A stretch of DNA of 64,000 nt from Fimbriimonadales bacterium (GCA_041744215.1 JBGTLG010000015.1:64001-128000); one strand, 5' to 3'. Counted from the stretch's first letter, positions 39,006-49,221 are shown. The notes: a model not told the origin generated them from the letters alone. Translations and numbers: made by a program.

Positions 39006-39307
39006 ATGATTGAGTGTCCTGTGCCGGTAGCAGGTGAATCTTACCGCCGCAGGCAAAAGACGGTCGTCGCAGGGAAAACGTTGGCTCGAAGGGCGATGGT
39101 TCGGCTGGCCGGTATCGCGGGAGAGGGTTACGGGGGTTTCGCTCTGCTCTGTGGCGAGGCCGATTCCTCCTCGGAGGTTGAACGAACCGGATGCAATCCC
39201 CGTCATCTTGCTGTCGCGGCGGCAGGAGCCAGCGCAGTGCCTGTCCGAGCGCCTACCTGTCGGTAGCAGGCTCTGCCCCGCGGCAACCCACTGGAGGACA
39301 AACTGAA

Positions 39308-40996
39308 ATGGGCTTGACAAGACTAACGGCCACCCTTGGCGCAGTCGCACTACTGAGTGCCGCGGTCACACAACTTCCTCAGCCGAATCGAACTGCATTC
39401 ATTGAGATTCCCGGTGAGATGGAATTCACGGGTGAGTTGATCGTGCGCCCGCACCGCGTGGAGTCGTTTATCTTGAGGACCGGAAGTGGCCTTCAAGCGA
39501 TTCGGATGATGACTCTGGCGCGCGAACGCGTCAATCCGATCACCCTTCGATACTACGAGGGGACGGATGAGTACATTGTGCGCGTTCCTGCCGGGCGCGA
39601 TGAGAACTCACTTAGCGCGGAGCTCATGCGGACTGGATTGTATGAGTACGCCGAGCCCAACTGGCGCGTGTATCCGATAGGCGTTCCGAATGATCCGCGC
39701 TACGGACAGCAGTGGCATCTGCCGAAGATTCGTGCGGCGGAGGCAGGGGACATCATCGTCGGCAATCCAACGCAAATCATCGCGTACACTGACACTGGCA
39801 TCGACCTAACTCACCCTGATCTCTCTCCGAACCGGGTGCCCGGGCTGAATGCAGTCGACATGATCGAGGAGATTCACGGCGGCCAAGTGAATGACATCAA
39901 CGGCCACGGAACTCACGTGGCAGGCACCGGCTCCGCCGTCACCAACAATGCTTTGGGCGTTGCCGGTGTCGGCTGGAATTTCAAGACGATGATGGTGCGG
40001 GTATCGAATACGTCTGGCGGCAGTTCCTCAATCGAAGTGCTCACACGCGGCGCACGGTGGGCCGCCGACAACGGAGCGCGTACTGTTTCCACAAGTTACT
40101 CGGGGGTTTCCGCTTCTGCTGTCAACACGACCGGCGCATACATTCGCGCGCGGGGCTCTTCTTACCTGTGGGCGGCTGGCAACAGTAATGCGAACTTAAC
40201 AGCGGATCACGAGAATGTGATCATCGTGGGGGCAACTACTCAAAGCGACACCAAGGCGAGCTTTTCGAACTACGGCGTGGCGATTGATGTGGTCGCGCCT
40301 GGAGTCGACATTCATGCGACATTGCGCAACAATTCATACGGCAACAAGAGCGGTACATCGATGGCAGCTCCAATTGCCAATGGCGTGCTGGCCATGATCT
40401 ACGCTCGATATCCATGGTTGACGCCAGATCAGGCCGAGACACTGCTCTTTTTGAACTGCATCGACTTGGGTCCGCCTGGTGAGGACAACACGTTCGGCCA
40501 TGGACGCGTTGATCTGTGGGAGTCGATGAACGACACTGTGATGGTAGTTCCGAATGCGCTCAACGTTGCTTTTGGCTTGCAATTGGGTGGGAACTTGCAG
40601 TCGCTCGCGATGAGCGATGACGATAAACTGATCGTGCGTTCGGCACCGGTGATCGCTTTGGGATTGCCGAGTGCGGACGTCATCGTAACTGGGCAATCGT
40701 CCTTGACGAACCCCAGCAAGATGACGTTCGTAACCGAGCAATCTGCTTCTGCTTTCCCGGCGAACTTGAAAGTCGAACTGTTCAGTTACGTTTCGAACAC
40801 GTATGAGCAGGTTGACTTTCGCGGTGGCACGACTGGGGGCGAGTTCGTCGTTGTAGAGGTCGCCTCGAATGCCTCGCGGTTCGTTCAGAGTGGCTCAGGC
40901 CAAGTGCGAGCACGGCTGCGACTCTATGACGACATCTCTTTCACGGTGGGTGGCTCTGTGCGATACGACCTTGTGCGCTGGGAGATCACTCCTTAG
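39308..40996 (+). CDS. S8 (subtilisin-like) serine peptidase, exported
   Basis: DTG, HGTHVAG, AAGN, SGTSMAAP triad motifs; GGAGG RBS; extra C-terminal domain of about 150 aa. Confidence 0.95.
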   Translation: MGLTRLTATLGAVALLSAAVTQLPQPNRTAFIEIPGEMEFTGELIVRPHRVESFILRTGSGLQAIRMMTLARERVNPITLRYYEGTDEYIVRVPAGRDENSLSAELMRTGLYEYAEPNWRVYPIGVPNDPRYGQQWHLPKIRAAEAGDIIVGNPTQIIAYTDTGIDLTHPDLSPNRVPGLNAVDMIEEIHGGQVNDINGHGTHVAGTGSAVTNNALGVAGVGWNFKTMMVRVSNTSGGSSSIEVLTRGARWAADNGARTVSTSYSGVSASAVNTTGAYIRARGSSYLWAAGNSNANLTADHENVIIVGATTQSDTKASFSNYGVAIDVVAPGVDIHATLRNNSYGNKSGTSMAAPIANGVLAMIYARYPWLTPDQAETLLFLNCIDLGPPGEDNTFGHGRVDLWESMNDTVMVVPNALNVAFGLQLGGNLQSLAMSDDDKLIVRSAPVIALGLPSADVIVTGQSSLTNPSKMTFVTEQSASAFPANLKVELFSYVSNTYEQVDFRGGTTGGEFVVVEVASNASRFVQSGSGQVRARLRLYDDISFTVGGSVRYDLVRWEITP

Positions 40997-41017
40997 CGGC
41001 GCCGCTCCCGGGGTCTG

Positions 41018-42064
41018 TTATGGCCGCGGGAGCGAACGACCCTGGCGAGGCCTTGGCAAACCGTTCTCGCCGTACTCGGTAAATCTATAGATGTAGCTCC
41101 ACCATGTGAGCGGACGTCCGTCAGCGCCGATGCCATGTACGTTCGGCAATCGCGAGAACCACCAGATCATGTAGTTTCGATGGTAGTCTGGGCCTCCCCA
41201 CGCCTCGCAGTTTAGCCGCTCAGTTTTTCCTGTTAGGTTTGGCCAGTTTAGCCAGTCGTTTGCGCTGCTCGAAACATAACGCGGGTTGGCATAGTCGTAG
41301 TCCTTCTCCGCATTCGGCGGATAGTGGCATGTCCCGACAGCGGCGCTTCCGCTCTGCTTTTCATTTGCAGCGAACTTTGCCCAAGCCGTCGTCAGCTCAT
41401 CGATTTTCCATCCACCGAAAAAACGTGACAGGGTGCTTTCAGTACGATGACACAAGTTATGCAGCATTTCGGCGACACCGCGCTCATAGTTGAATCCCAT
41501 AACTGCAATCGGGCGTCGCATCCCTTCGTCTGGATAGACGCCGCCGTTGATGAAAAACGCGCCGGGACCGATCATGGCGGATTCCCAGTATCCAAAGTAA
41601 GGGGCTCCAAACATCCAGACCTCATCGATGCGTCCGGCGTTTACGAGGTTGGCGACGCCAGCGTCCTTAGCCATTCTGGGGTAGTCCAATCCATCAGGCT
41701 GGTGCCAACCTGAGCCCGACTGCATACACTCTACGAAGGAGCGCGCAGTGTATCGAAAGCCATCGACTTTCGCTGGAAACTCGTTCAGGTCTCGCCAGTC
41801 GACGATTGTGTGGTTGATGTATCCACGGCTCGCAGATTTGATGTCCTCGATGTATCCTTTTGCCAATTCCCGAGGATCATTCCATTTGCCGGCTTGATGC
41901 AGTCTAACGCGACGTCCTTCCCATTCCACGTAAGGGTCAAAGTTCAGTACGAGGACCCGCACATTCAGGGGCGCGGGGCGCACACCTACTACGGGAACGT
42001 CGCCTTTGCCCCCAGGTATAGGCACCTGCAAGATCAAGGCGATTAGGAGGGGAGTAACAGTCAT
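41018..42064 (-). CDS. Hypothetical exported protein with HxxxH motif
   Basis: Signal-like N-terminus; MGFNYERGVAEMLHNLCHRTE; Trp/Tyr rich. Confidence 0.7.
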   Translation of the reverse strand: MTVTPLLIALILQVPIPGGKGDVPVVGVRPAPLNVRVLVLNFDPYVEWEGRRVRLHQAGKWNDPRELAKGYIEDIKSASRGYINHTIVDWRDLNEFPAKVDGFRYTARSFVECMQSGSGWHQPDGLDYPRMAKDAGVANLVNAGRIDEVWMFGAPYFGYWESAMIGPGAFFINGGVYPDEGMRRPIAVMGFNYERGVAEMLHNLCHRTESTLSRFFGGWKIDELTTAWAKFAANEKQSGSAAVGTCHYPPNAEKDYDYANPRYVSSSANDWLNWPNLTGKTERLNCEAWGGPDYHRNYMIWWFSRLPNVHGIGADGRPLTWWSYIYRFTEYGENGLPRPRQGRSLPRP

Positions 42065-42099
42065 ACGTTCTCATTTTGGACGAAACGGAGAGTATCGCG

Positions 42100-43473
42100 T
42101 TACGTGCGCGGCGTTTCGGCAGTGCTTCGAGATGAAACGGACTTAAGCCATAAATGGAAAGCATCTCTTGCGTTCTTTAGTTTTGCTGTCCTGCGCGCTC
42201 CCTTGTCTCGGATCGGCGGGTCCGGGTCAGGAAACAAGCCCCAGTTGATGTTCATTGGTGAGAACTCCTCGGTATCGGTGTTGGTGACGTGCGAGATCAG
42301 GCAACCGTAGGCACAGCCGCGCGGTGGCGTCGTTCTCGTCTGGTCCTGGATCGCTTTCGCAGCATTGATTCCTGCGAGTATTCCGGTTGCCCCGCTCTCA
42401 ACGTAACCCTCGACGCCTGTGATCTGGCCAGCAATGAACGTCAGCGAACCATTCGGAACGCCGCATGTCTCCGGATTCATGGCCAGATCTGGGCCCAAGA
42501 CTCTTGGCGAGTCCAAGTAGGTGTTCCGGTGGATCACGCCATAGCGCACGAACTCGGCGTTTTGAAGACCCGGGATAAGTTGAAGGACCGCCTTTTGTGC
42601 GCCCCATTTCATTCGCGTTTGGCAAGCTACGAGCGAGTAGAGAGTTTTTTCACGGTTTTCCGGACGCAGCTGGAGAATCGCGTAGGCGCGCTTTCCTGTT
42701 CGCGGATCTGTCAAGCCGACAGGCTTAAAGTTTCCGAAGCGGAGGCTCTCCCTTCCACGCCGCGCTATCTCCTCGATTGGCATGCAGCCTTCGAAGTACT
42801 TGCCCTTTTCAAAGCCGTGCAGAGGCGCCTGCTCGGCTTCGAGTACGGCATCGATAAACGCCTCATACTCTTCTTTGGTGAATGGGCAGTTGAGGTATGC
42901 CGCGTCTCCCTTATCGTATCGGCTCTGCTCCCACGCTATCGATCGGTCGACGCTCTCAGCAGTTACCGTCGGGCTCACGGCATCATAGAAGTACAAGTGT
43001 TCGCGCCCCGTAACTTCGGCGAGCCGCGCGGAGATTGATTCGCTGGAAAGCGGTCCCGTTGCGATGACGAGTGGCCCGCGTTCGTGGTCAAATGTCGCTG
43101 GATTGAACTCCTCGCGGACCACCTCAATGTTCTCGTGACACTCGATGACGTGCGTCATCTCGGCTGCAAACTTATCTCGATCGACCGCTAATGCCTCTCC
43201 TCCTGGAACGCTGTGCTTTGTCGCGGTAGGGATCATCAGTGATCCAAGCGCTACCATCTCAGCCTTCAGCTGACCTGCCGGCGAATCCGGGTTTTGGGAC
43301 TTGAAACTGTTTGAGCAGACAAGCTCTGCGAGATAGCCAGTGTTGTGCGCCTCTGTCATCTTCGACGGTCGCATTTCGTAGAGGGTGACTTGAACACCGC
43401 GGTTCGCAGCAGCCCACGCGGCCTCGCAGCCCGCAAAACCACCTCCGACAACCGTCACACGTTGTTGACGCAT
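42100..43473 (-). CDS. trmFO: Folate/FAD-dependent tRNA (uracil-5-)-methyltransferase
   Basis: GGGFAGCEAAW, AELVCSNS, ALAVDR, YFEGCMP, RYGVIHRNTY, AGQITGVEGY. Confidence 0.96.
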   Translation of the reverse strand: MRQQRVTVVGGGFAGCEAAWAAANRGVQVTLYEMRPSKMTEAHNTGYLAELVCSNSFKSQNPDSPAGQLKAEMVALGSLMIPTATKHSVPGGEALAVDRDKFAAEMTHVIECHENIEVVREEFNPATFDHERGPLVIATGPLSSESISARLAEVTGREHLYFYDAVSPTVTAESVDRSIAWEQSRYDKGDAAYLNCPFTKEEYEAFIDAVLEAEQAPLHGFEKGKYFEGCMPIEEIARRGRESLRFGNFKPVGLTDPRTGKRAYAILQLRPENREKTLYSLVACQTRMKWGAQKAVLQLIPGLQNAEFVRYGVIHRNTYLDSPRVLGPDLAMNPETCGVPNGSLTFIAGQITGVEGYVESGATGILAGINAAKAIQDQTRTTPPRGCAYGCLISHVTNTDTEEFSPMNINWGLFPDPDPPIRDKGARRTAKLKNARDAFHLWLKSVSSRSTAETPRT

Positions 43474-43494
43474 AGCTGTAAAGGTACCTTGAGC

Positions 43495-44826
43495 TCAGCT
43501 TCCGGTCCATCTGAATCTTTCGATCTTTCCTCCAATCGACCGATCCAATTCATCAACGAGGTCGATTCGCACCTCTGCCGATTCTCCGACTGATTCGCGT
43601 AACGCCCTATCAACGTCCGAAAGCACGGCAGCGCTACCGACGACTTTGACGAGAAACTCATCAACTCTCGGCTGCACCACTTGTGCTGCCACGAGTTCTG
43701 GTATCGCCGTAAACGCATAGAACATCGGAGATGCAGATCGGAGTGACCCGTCGGGCATGCGGAGAAAGCCGAAGGTTCTACCTGTTACCTTCGAAACTGT
43801 CCCAAGGGTTTTTTTGCAGGTACCTTGTTGCCCTACAACCGCACGATCGCCCAGGTCGTAGCGGATGAACGGCGTGATGTAAGGATGCAGGTTGGTCACT
43901 AGAACTCGTCCTTCTTCACCCGGCTGACAGTCGGTTCCATCGTTGCGCACGATCTCGCAGTAAACCCACTCGTCCATCGTATGGTACGCGCCGCAGGAAG
44001 GACAAGTCGCTGCGATTGGGCCGACTTCCTGCGACGAGTACAAATCTTGGATCGGAGCTGCGAACGTTTTCTCAATCGGATCGCGCCACTCGTCGTGGAG
44101 CGTCTCTCCAATTGTGCGAACGCCTCTAACCGCGAGTCCCTGCACATAGCGGGCAGCGGCAGCAAGCGCTGAAGGAAACGCGAGGATATAGTCTGGTCGA
44201 CACTCAAGACCAAACTTTGCTACGTATTGGGCTGGGGCGGAGACATCGATATAGTAGCCAGGGCCCGTGGTAATCAACTCTGCCAGCCAGCCGGAGGCCC
44301 ATGAAGAAGTGCGAAGTCCATATCGGAGCGCGTCAGCGTCCGCGCTGCCAGGCTTTGCCAGTGCCCTCAGCATGAGAGCCGAACCGGTAGGTTCTATGTT
44401 TGCCCACTCCAGCTCTCGTACAGAAACAGCGGTGCGAAACTGCTCGGAAGTATCTGTCGGGATTGACTCCACAACACTGCCACTGGTGCCGGATGTGCGA
44501 ATTGGCTGAAGCGGCGAGACACCGATCGGCGGCCTGTTACCCCGCAGCAAACTTGATCGCTCGGCCGCGGTCTCACGGGACAGTATTGGAAGTTCTTTGA
44601 ATTGCTCCCAACTCTCAATTTCTGAATCAAACGGCGAGAACTGATCTGAATAGTAGGGGACGTGTTTTCGCGCGTACGCGTAGACGCGACGCAGTCGGTC
44701 CCAGCGATACTCATCAAGTTCTGAGCGATCCCAATACTGGCTTTGAAACAGCAGTCGGTACGCGCGCCTGATCCCGTCAAGCGCATCGCCCCTCGTGCCA
44801 TTGTCGTACGCTTCAAGATAGTTCAT
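43495..44826 (-). CDS. Phenylacetate-CoA ligase/CapK-like adenylate-forming enzyme
   Basis: HVPYY, RTSGTSG, YSSQEVG, VLVTNL..PFIRYDLGD, VTGR. Confidence 0.82.
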   Translation of the reverse strand: MNYLEAYDNGTRGDALDGIRRAYRLLFQSQYWDRSELDEYRWDRLRRVYAYARKHVPYYSDQFSPFDSEIESWEQFKELPILSRETAAERSSLLRGNRPPIGVSPLQPIRTSGTSGSVVESIPTDTSEQFRTAVSVRELEWANIEPTGSALMLRALAKPGSADADALRYGLRTSSWASGWLAELITTGPGYYIDVSAPAQYVAKFGLECRPDYILAFPSALAAAARYVQGLAVRGVRTIGETLHDEWRDPIEKTFAAPIQDLYSSQEVGPIAATCPSCGAYHTMDEWVYCEIVRNDGTDCQPGEEGRVLVTNLHPYITPFIRYDLGDRAVVGQQGTCKKTLGTVSKVTGRTFGFLRMPDGSLRSASPMFYAFTAIPELVAAQVVQPRVDEFLVKVVGSAAVLSDVDRALRESVGESAEVRIDLVDELDRSIGGKIERFRWTGS

Positions 44827-46352
44827 GGGTCGACAAACACTGTTTTCTCGTTGCTGTAGGTGACCTGCCCGGGCGCTGACTTCCGCGGCTTTCGAACATA
44901 CTTCGCCAACGTGTAATCCACCGGTACGTGCCGCGCGTGCTTTTGGCCGCTTGCGCTCACGGCGACCTTTGCTGCGAATTCGAAGTCGTCGTGTTGGACA
45001 CGAGAAGGGTTGTTGTCCGTTCGGAGGAGCACATGCGCTCCGGTGTGACCTCGAATGTGGAGCCACCAATCGTTTGGCCGGGCGACCCGAGTTGTGAGAT
45101 AGTCGTTTGCTGTTGCAGTTTCTCCCCAGTACACTGCGAACCCGCTCGGTGATTCTGTCTTCCGGATCTTGTGTCCCTCGAATTCGCGATCCTGTTTCGG
45201 CATCGGTTTGCCAACGTCGCGAAACCAGCCTCGCGATTTGGCAAGATCCTCGATCTCGTTATCATTGCTTGCAGTGGCATCTTCTAACTTCGAAAGTGCG
45301 GCGGCAATCTCGTGTATCTCCCGCTGCTTCCGATTGTATGTCGCACGCAGTTCCTCGACCGCGGCTTTCGCGTTTTTTGCCTTCTTGAAGAGTCGATCCG
45401 CGTTTTCAACGTGTGTCTTTTGTGGATCTACTGGGATACGCACTTCCACTCCCTCATGGTTGGAGGCCACGACGAAGCCGGATTGAGTTTGTTGCTGACC
45501 ATAAGCGAGAATCAATTCTCCCCGGCGCTGAAGCTCCTGCGCCCTCGCAGCGTCGTCAAGCGATGTCTCCATCTGCTCAAGCGACTTTTTGCGCGCCTCT
45601 AAAGCGCGGCGCAGCTGACCCACCAGCGACGCTCTGCGGGCGGCATGATCCTGCAAATCAACGTCTGACAAGAAGTGCGTCTCCAGTGCTGCTGAGAGAG
45701 AGTCGAACTGCTTCCCTACCGCAGTTTGTTCTGGTTGGAAACAGTACGCACCCGCCTCAGGAACCAACACTCTCGGGCCGGATGAAGCCCGCTCTAGCAA
45801 CGCTTCGGGTCCGATCGAATCCAACTGCTTCTCCAGGAACTTCGACAACCCGCGCCGGTTGAGAACGGCTTCTCTCAAGCTTGACGCTGGCGAGTGCGGA
45901 GGCTCATAAGGTTGCCCGATTTTATCGGCGCCTACACTCCGGCACTTCGCAAGGATGCGCCGCGCAGGCGAAACTACGAAGAGATTGGCGTGAGTTCCAG
46001 TGAAGTGCGCCATGAGCGAGTACGGCCCGTCCGACTTACCGATGGTTATCTGGCAAACACGATCGAAGCCAGATTGATCAATGGATAGCAATCTGCCCCC
46101 CTCGAGCTTCTCTCGCACGATCCGATGGAATGGATCCGACACCGAGACACTGTTTGGGGTGACGGATGCGAGAAACATTCTGTGGTAAACCGGATGACAC
46201 GACAACAGCAAACCACCGTCATAGTGGGGGCCTTTTAGTCTCAGAAGGAGTGAAGTCTCGTTTGGCTGAATGACTTTTCTTAGATTCGATCCAACGGCCG
46301 CTTGCGCCTCGTCGCAAACAACAGCCAGCGAAAGGCTATCGAAGGGGATCAT
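44823..46352 (-). CDS. rqcH: NFACT family ribosome quality-control factor (RqcH/FbpA)
   Basis: FDSLSL, FDRVCQI, ENADRLFKKAK, NDYLT, WWLHIRGHTGAHV, VDYT..KYVRKP. Confidence 0.88.
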   Translation of the reverse strand: MIPFDSLSLAVVCDEAQAAVGSNLRKVIQPNETSLLLRLKGPHYDGGLLLSCHPVYHRMFLASVTPNSVSVSDPFHRIVREKLEGGRLLSIDQSGFDRVCQITIGKSDGPYSLMAHFTGTHANLFVVSPARRILAKCRSVGADKIGQPYEPPHSPASSLREAVLNRRGLSKFLEKQLDSIGPEALLERASSGPRVLVPEAGAYCFQPEQTAVGKQFDSLSAALETHFLSDVDLQDHAARRASLVGQLRRALEARKKSLEQMETSLDDAARAQELQRRGELILAYGQQQTQSGFVVASNHEGVEVRIPVDPQKTHVENADRLFKKAKNAKAAVEELRATYNRKQREIHEIAAALSKLEDATASNDNEIEDLAKSRGWFRDVGKPMPKQDREFEGHKIRKTESPSGFAVYWGETATANDYLTTRVARPNDWWLHIRGHTGAHVLLRTDNNPSRVQHDDFEFAAKVAVSASGQKHARHVPVDYTLAKYVRKPRKSAPGQVTYSNEKTVFVDP

Positions 46353-46357
46353 TGGCG

Positions 46358-47317
46358 TCAATGGTCTTGCTCCAGTTTGGCGCGTGTCTCTTCGATTAGG
46401 TGGCGGCGCAGCGTCTCCCTCCAAGTTTGCACCCTTTCAGACGCCAGTGGGCTTGACGCCTCTGTTGCAAATCGACCGCTTCTGATGTCATCTAACAGAG
46501 CTTCAAAAACTTCTCGAAGTCTCTTGTCGACGACTCTTGGCCCGGCGACCATTGCGCCGTACTGAGCGGTGTCGCTGATTCGATCGACCATTCCAGCTAC
46601 GCCGTTCTCGATCATCATATCTGCGATCAATTTGATTTCGAATAGGCATTCGTAAAACGCTGCTTCTGGACTGTAGCCTGCACCAACGAGTGTCTCGAAC
46701 GCCGCTATCGCGATCGATGGGATGCCTCCGCAGAGCACTGCCTGCTCTCCAAAGAGATCGGTTTCGGTCTCTTCTCGGAAACTGGATTCGATCACTGCCC
46801 GACGGCCGCACCCGAGCGCCTTCGCGTACGCTTTTGCGAGGTCTATGTCTCCGGGCTCAGCAGCGACGAGCGCGGCCGCGCCGGAGCCCCCCACGTACAG
46901 GTTTCGCAATTGTGGGCCAATCGCTTTTGGCGCGACGAGGAGCCGTTGGAGTCCGTCGCGCGGTTTCACGGTCCCGTACATGATTGTGTAGCCGTGGGCA
47001 AAGACCACCGCCGCGCCGTCTTTTGCCCCTGGGTTGACGACTTGGTCCAGGACCGACGTATGCGCTCTTTCAGGCAGGAGCAGAGCAATCAGGTCACCTT
47101 CGGCAACCGCATCTTCCAGCGTAACCGGACTAAACCCTGCGCGGCGCGCCTCTTCCTCGGACGTTCCGGCGCTGCGAGCGCCCACGAGCACATCGAGCCC
47201 GCTGTCACGCGCGTTCATTGCTTGGGCTCGGCCTTGGGAGCCGAATCCGAGGATGGAGACGGTCTTTCCGGCTAACGGCTCCGTGCTGAGTTCTGGATCT
47301 CGCCAAATCTGCGCCAT
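46358..47317 (-). CDS. ilvC: Ketol-acid reductoisomerase
   Basis: GFGSQGRAQA, FAHG, VAPK, EETETDLFGEQAVLCGG, ISDTAQYG. Confidence 0.96.
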   Translation of the reverse strand: MAQIWRDPELSTEPLAGKTVSILGFGSQGRAQAMNARDSGLDVLVGARSAGTSEEEARRAGFSPVTLEDAVAEGDLIALLLPERAHTSVLDQVVNPGAKDGAAVVFAHGYTIMYGTVKPRDGLQRLLVAPKAIGPQLRNLYVGGSGAAALVAAEPGDIDLAKAYAKALGCGRRAVIESSFREETETDLFGEQAVLCGGIPSIAIAAFETLVGAGYSPEAAFYECLFEIKLIADMMIENGVAGMVDRISDTAQYGAMVAGPRVVDKRLREVFEALLDDIRSGRFATEASSPLASERVQTWRETLRRHLIEETRAKLEQDH

Positions 47318-47370
47318 GACTGGTGGCCAGTATGGCCGCCGTCGGCGGGCGTAGTACAATTCCGATCAGC

Positions 47371-48390
47371 GTGGACTCACTCAGCCCCCGAAAAGAACGA
47401 ATTCTCACCGCCGTCGTGCTGGAGTACGTCGAGACAGCCGAGCCCGTTGGGAGTGGCCATATCGTCGAGCGTTATGACCTTGGAGTCGGTTCGGCGACCG
47501 TTCGCAATGAGTTGGCGGATATGTCGGAGCGGGGCTATCTGGAACAACCGCACACATCGGCCGGCAGGATCCCCAGCGACACCGGATATCGCTACTACGT
47601 AGATCGCCTGGACATTCCGGAGGGGGATGAAAAAAGCGCCTCTGATTTGCGCGACGTGACAAACGTCGAAGATCTGCTGGTTGACACTTGCCGATTGTTA
47701 GCGAGGGTTACTCAGCACGTCTCTGTCGCAGCGATGTTGCGGGAGCGCACGGTCACCATACGACAGGTGACCTTGACGAGTATCACGCCAACTCGTGCGC
47801 TGATGGTCGCCGTTTTGAGCAATGCGATCGTGGAGGATCGGTTGATTGAGGTTCCACCAGATATCACGTCAGAGGACTTGAATCGCATCGCGCATCTCGT
47901 CACTCAAGCATGCGAGGGCGTTAGATTGAAGCCGCTTGCGCGGAAGGCGCAACCGCCTGTCGAGCATCTGAGGCCAAGCTTACAGACTACATACGCAAGG
48001 GTGTGGCGGGAACTGCGCTCGTTGGCGAAGGCAAAGTCGATGGGCAAAGTCATCGCGGAGGGAACTGCGTACCTCGTAAATCAACCGGAATTTCAGAGAG
48101 ACTATGAAGCGTTGACGAACATCGTTCAGGCACTTGAAGATGCGAACGTGCTTCAAGAAGCGATTCAAGCACCTGCTGCTACGGAGACTGGAGTGTCGAT
48201 CGGGCGTGAAAACGCTGCAGTTGCGTTACAACGGCTCGCCATCATCGCCGCGCAGTTCTACGTCGATGACGAAGACGCTGGGACTATCGCTGTTATCGGG
48301 CCTACGCGCATGAACTATGAGTCCACTATTCCGCTGGTTCGGCAGACGGCGCTCGCGCTTACTGAGGCCCTTTCAAGGTTGATGAAGTAG
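47371..48390 (+). CDS. hrcA: Heat-inducible transcription repressor
   Basis: YVETAEPVGS, SATVRNE, QPHTSAGRIPSDTGYRYYVD, IGPTRMNY. Confidence 0.96.
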   Translation: MDSLSPRKERILTAVVLEYVETAEPVGSGHIVERYDLGVGSATVRNELADMSERGYLEQPHTSAGRIPSDTGYRYYVDRLDIPEGDEKSASDLRDVTNVEDLLVDTCRLLARVTQHVSVAAMLRERTVTIRQVTLTSITPTRALMVAVLSNAIVEDRLIEVPPDITSEDLNRIAHLVTQACEGVRLKPLARKAQPPVEHLRPSLQTTYARVWRELRSLAKAKSMGKVIAEGTAYLVNQPEFQRDYEALTNIVQALEDANVLQEAIQAPAATETGVSIGRENAAVALQRLAIIAAQFYVDDEDAGTIAVIGPTRMNYESTIPLVRQTALALTEALSRLMK

Positions 48391-49178
48391 TGCGGCGATA
48401 CGGACGCATTTACGCTGGATTCGTTCGAACCAGTCTCAACCGTGAGCTTGAGTTCCGCGCTAACTTCTTTGCGAAGGTTGGAGAGAACATTGTGTGGATG
48501 GTGTTCTTTCTTCTGATTCTGCAAGTAGTTTACATGAATGCCGACAGCATTGCGGGCTGGTCGAAGGGCGACGGCTACATCCTCGCGGCGACGTGCTTCC
48601 TATTGCTTGCGATCGTCAACGCTGTGTTTGCGCATGGACTGGTCGAACTTCCCGACAAGGTTCGCAAGGGCACGCTCGACTTTGACTTAGTGAAGCCTAT
48701 CGATATTCAGTTTCTTTTGACATTGAGAAAGTTTAATTTTAGCGAAGTGGGGACACTCGCAGTTGGCCTCGTCGTCGTGTTTGTTGGCGCCAGCATGTCC
48801 GGACACTCGCCAAGCGCTGCGAATGTCGCCGCCTATCTCGGGATGCTGCTCTGCTCGATAACGATCTTCTATTCGTTTAATCTCGTCATGATGACCACTA
48901 GCATTTGGCTGGTTAGAGTCGACAATCTTTGGGTACTTGGGCATACCGTCTTTGACATCGCGCGGTTTCCGCTCGATATCTTCGGAGCACGGCTCCGATC
49001 CCTGCTGACCTACTACATTCCTCTCGCATTCATCGCGACCATGCCTGCGAAGGCACTTCTTGGCACGCTCGACCTCATCACAGCTGCGGTCGGGGTCGTT
49101 TGGGCGGTGGGCTTCTTTTTGTTTGCTAGGTCATTTTTGAGGTTCGCGCTGAGCCACTACACGAGCGCGAGTTCGTGA
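48390..49178 (+). CDS. ABC-2 type permease (DUF990 family)
   Basis: LEFRANF, IAGWS, GTLDFDLVKP, ARFPLDIF, YTSASS. Confidence 0.88.
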   Translation: MRRYGRIYAGFVRTSLNRELEFRANFFAKVGENIVWMVFFLLILQVVYMNADSIAGWSKGDGYILAATCFLLLAIVNAVFAHGLVELPDKVRKGTLDFDLVKPIDIQFLLTLRKFNFSEVGTLAVGLVVVFVGASMSGHSPSAANVAAYLGMLLCSITIFYSFNLVMMTTSIWLVRVDNLWVLGHTVFDIARFPLDIFGARLRSLLTYYIPLAFIATMPAKALLGTLDLITAAVGVVWAVGFFLFARSFLRFALSHYTSASS

Positions 49179-49221
49179 TTGGCTGTCTGAGGGCTCCATC
49201 CCGGTAAACTGCGCCCGCGGT

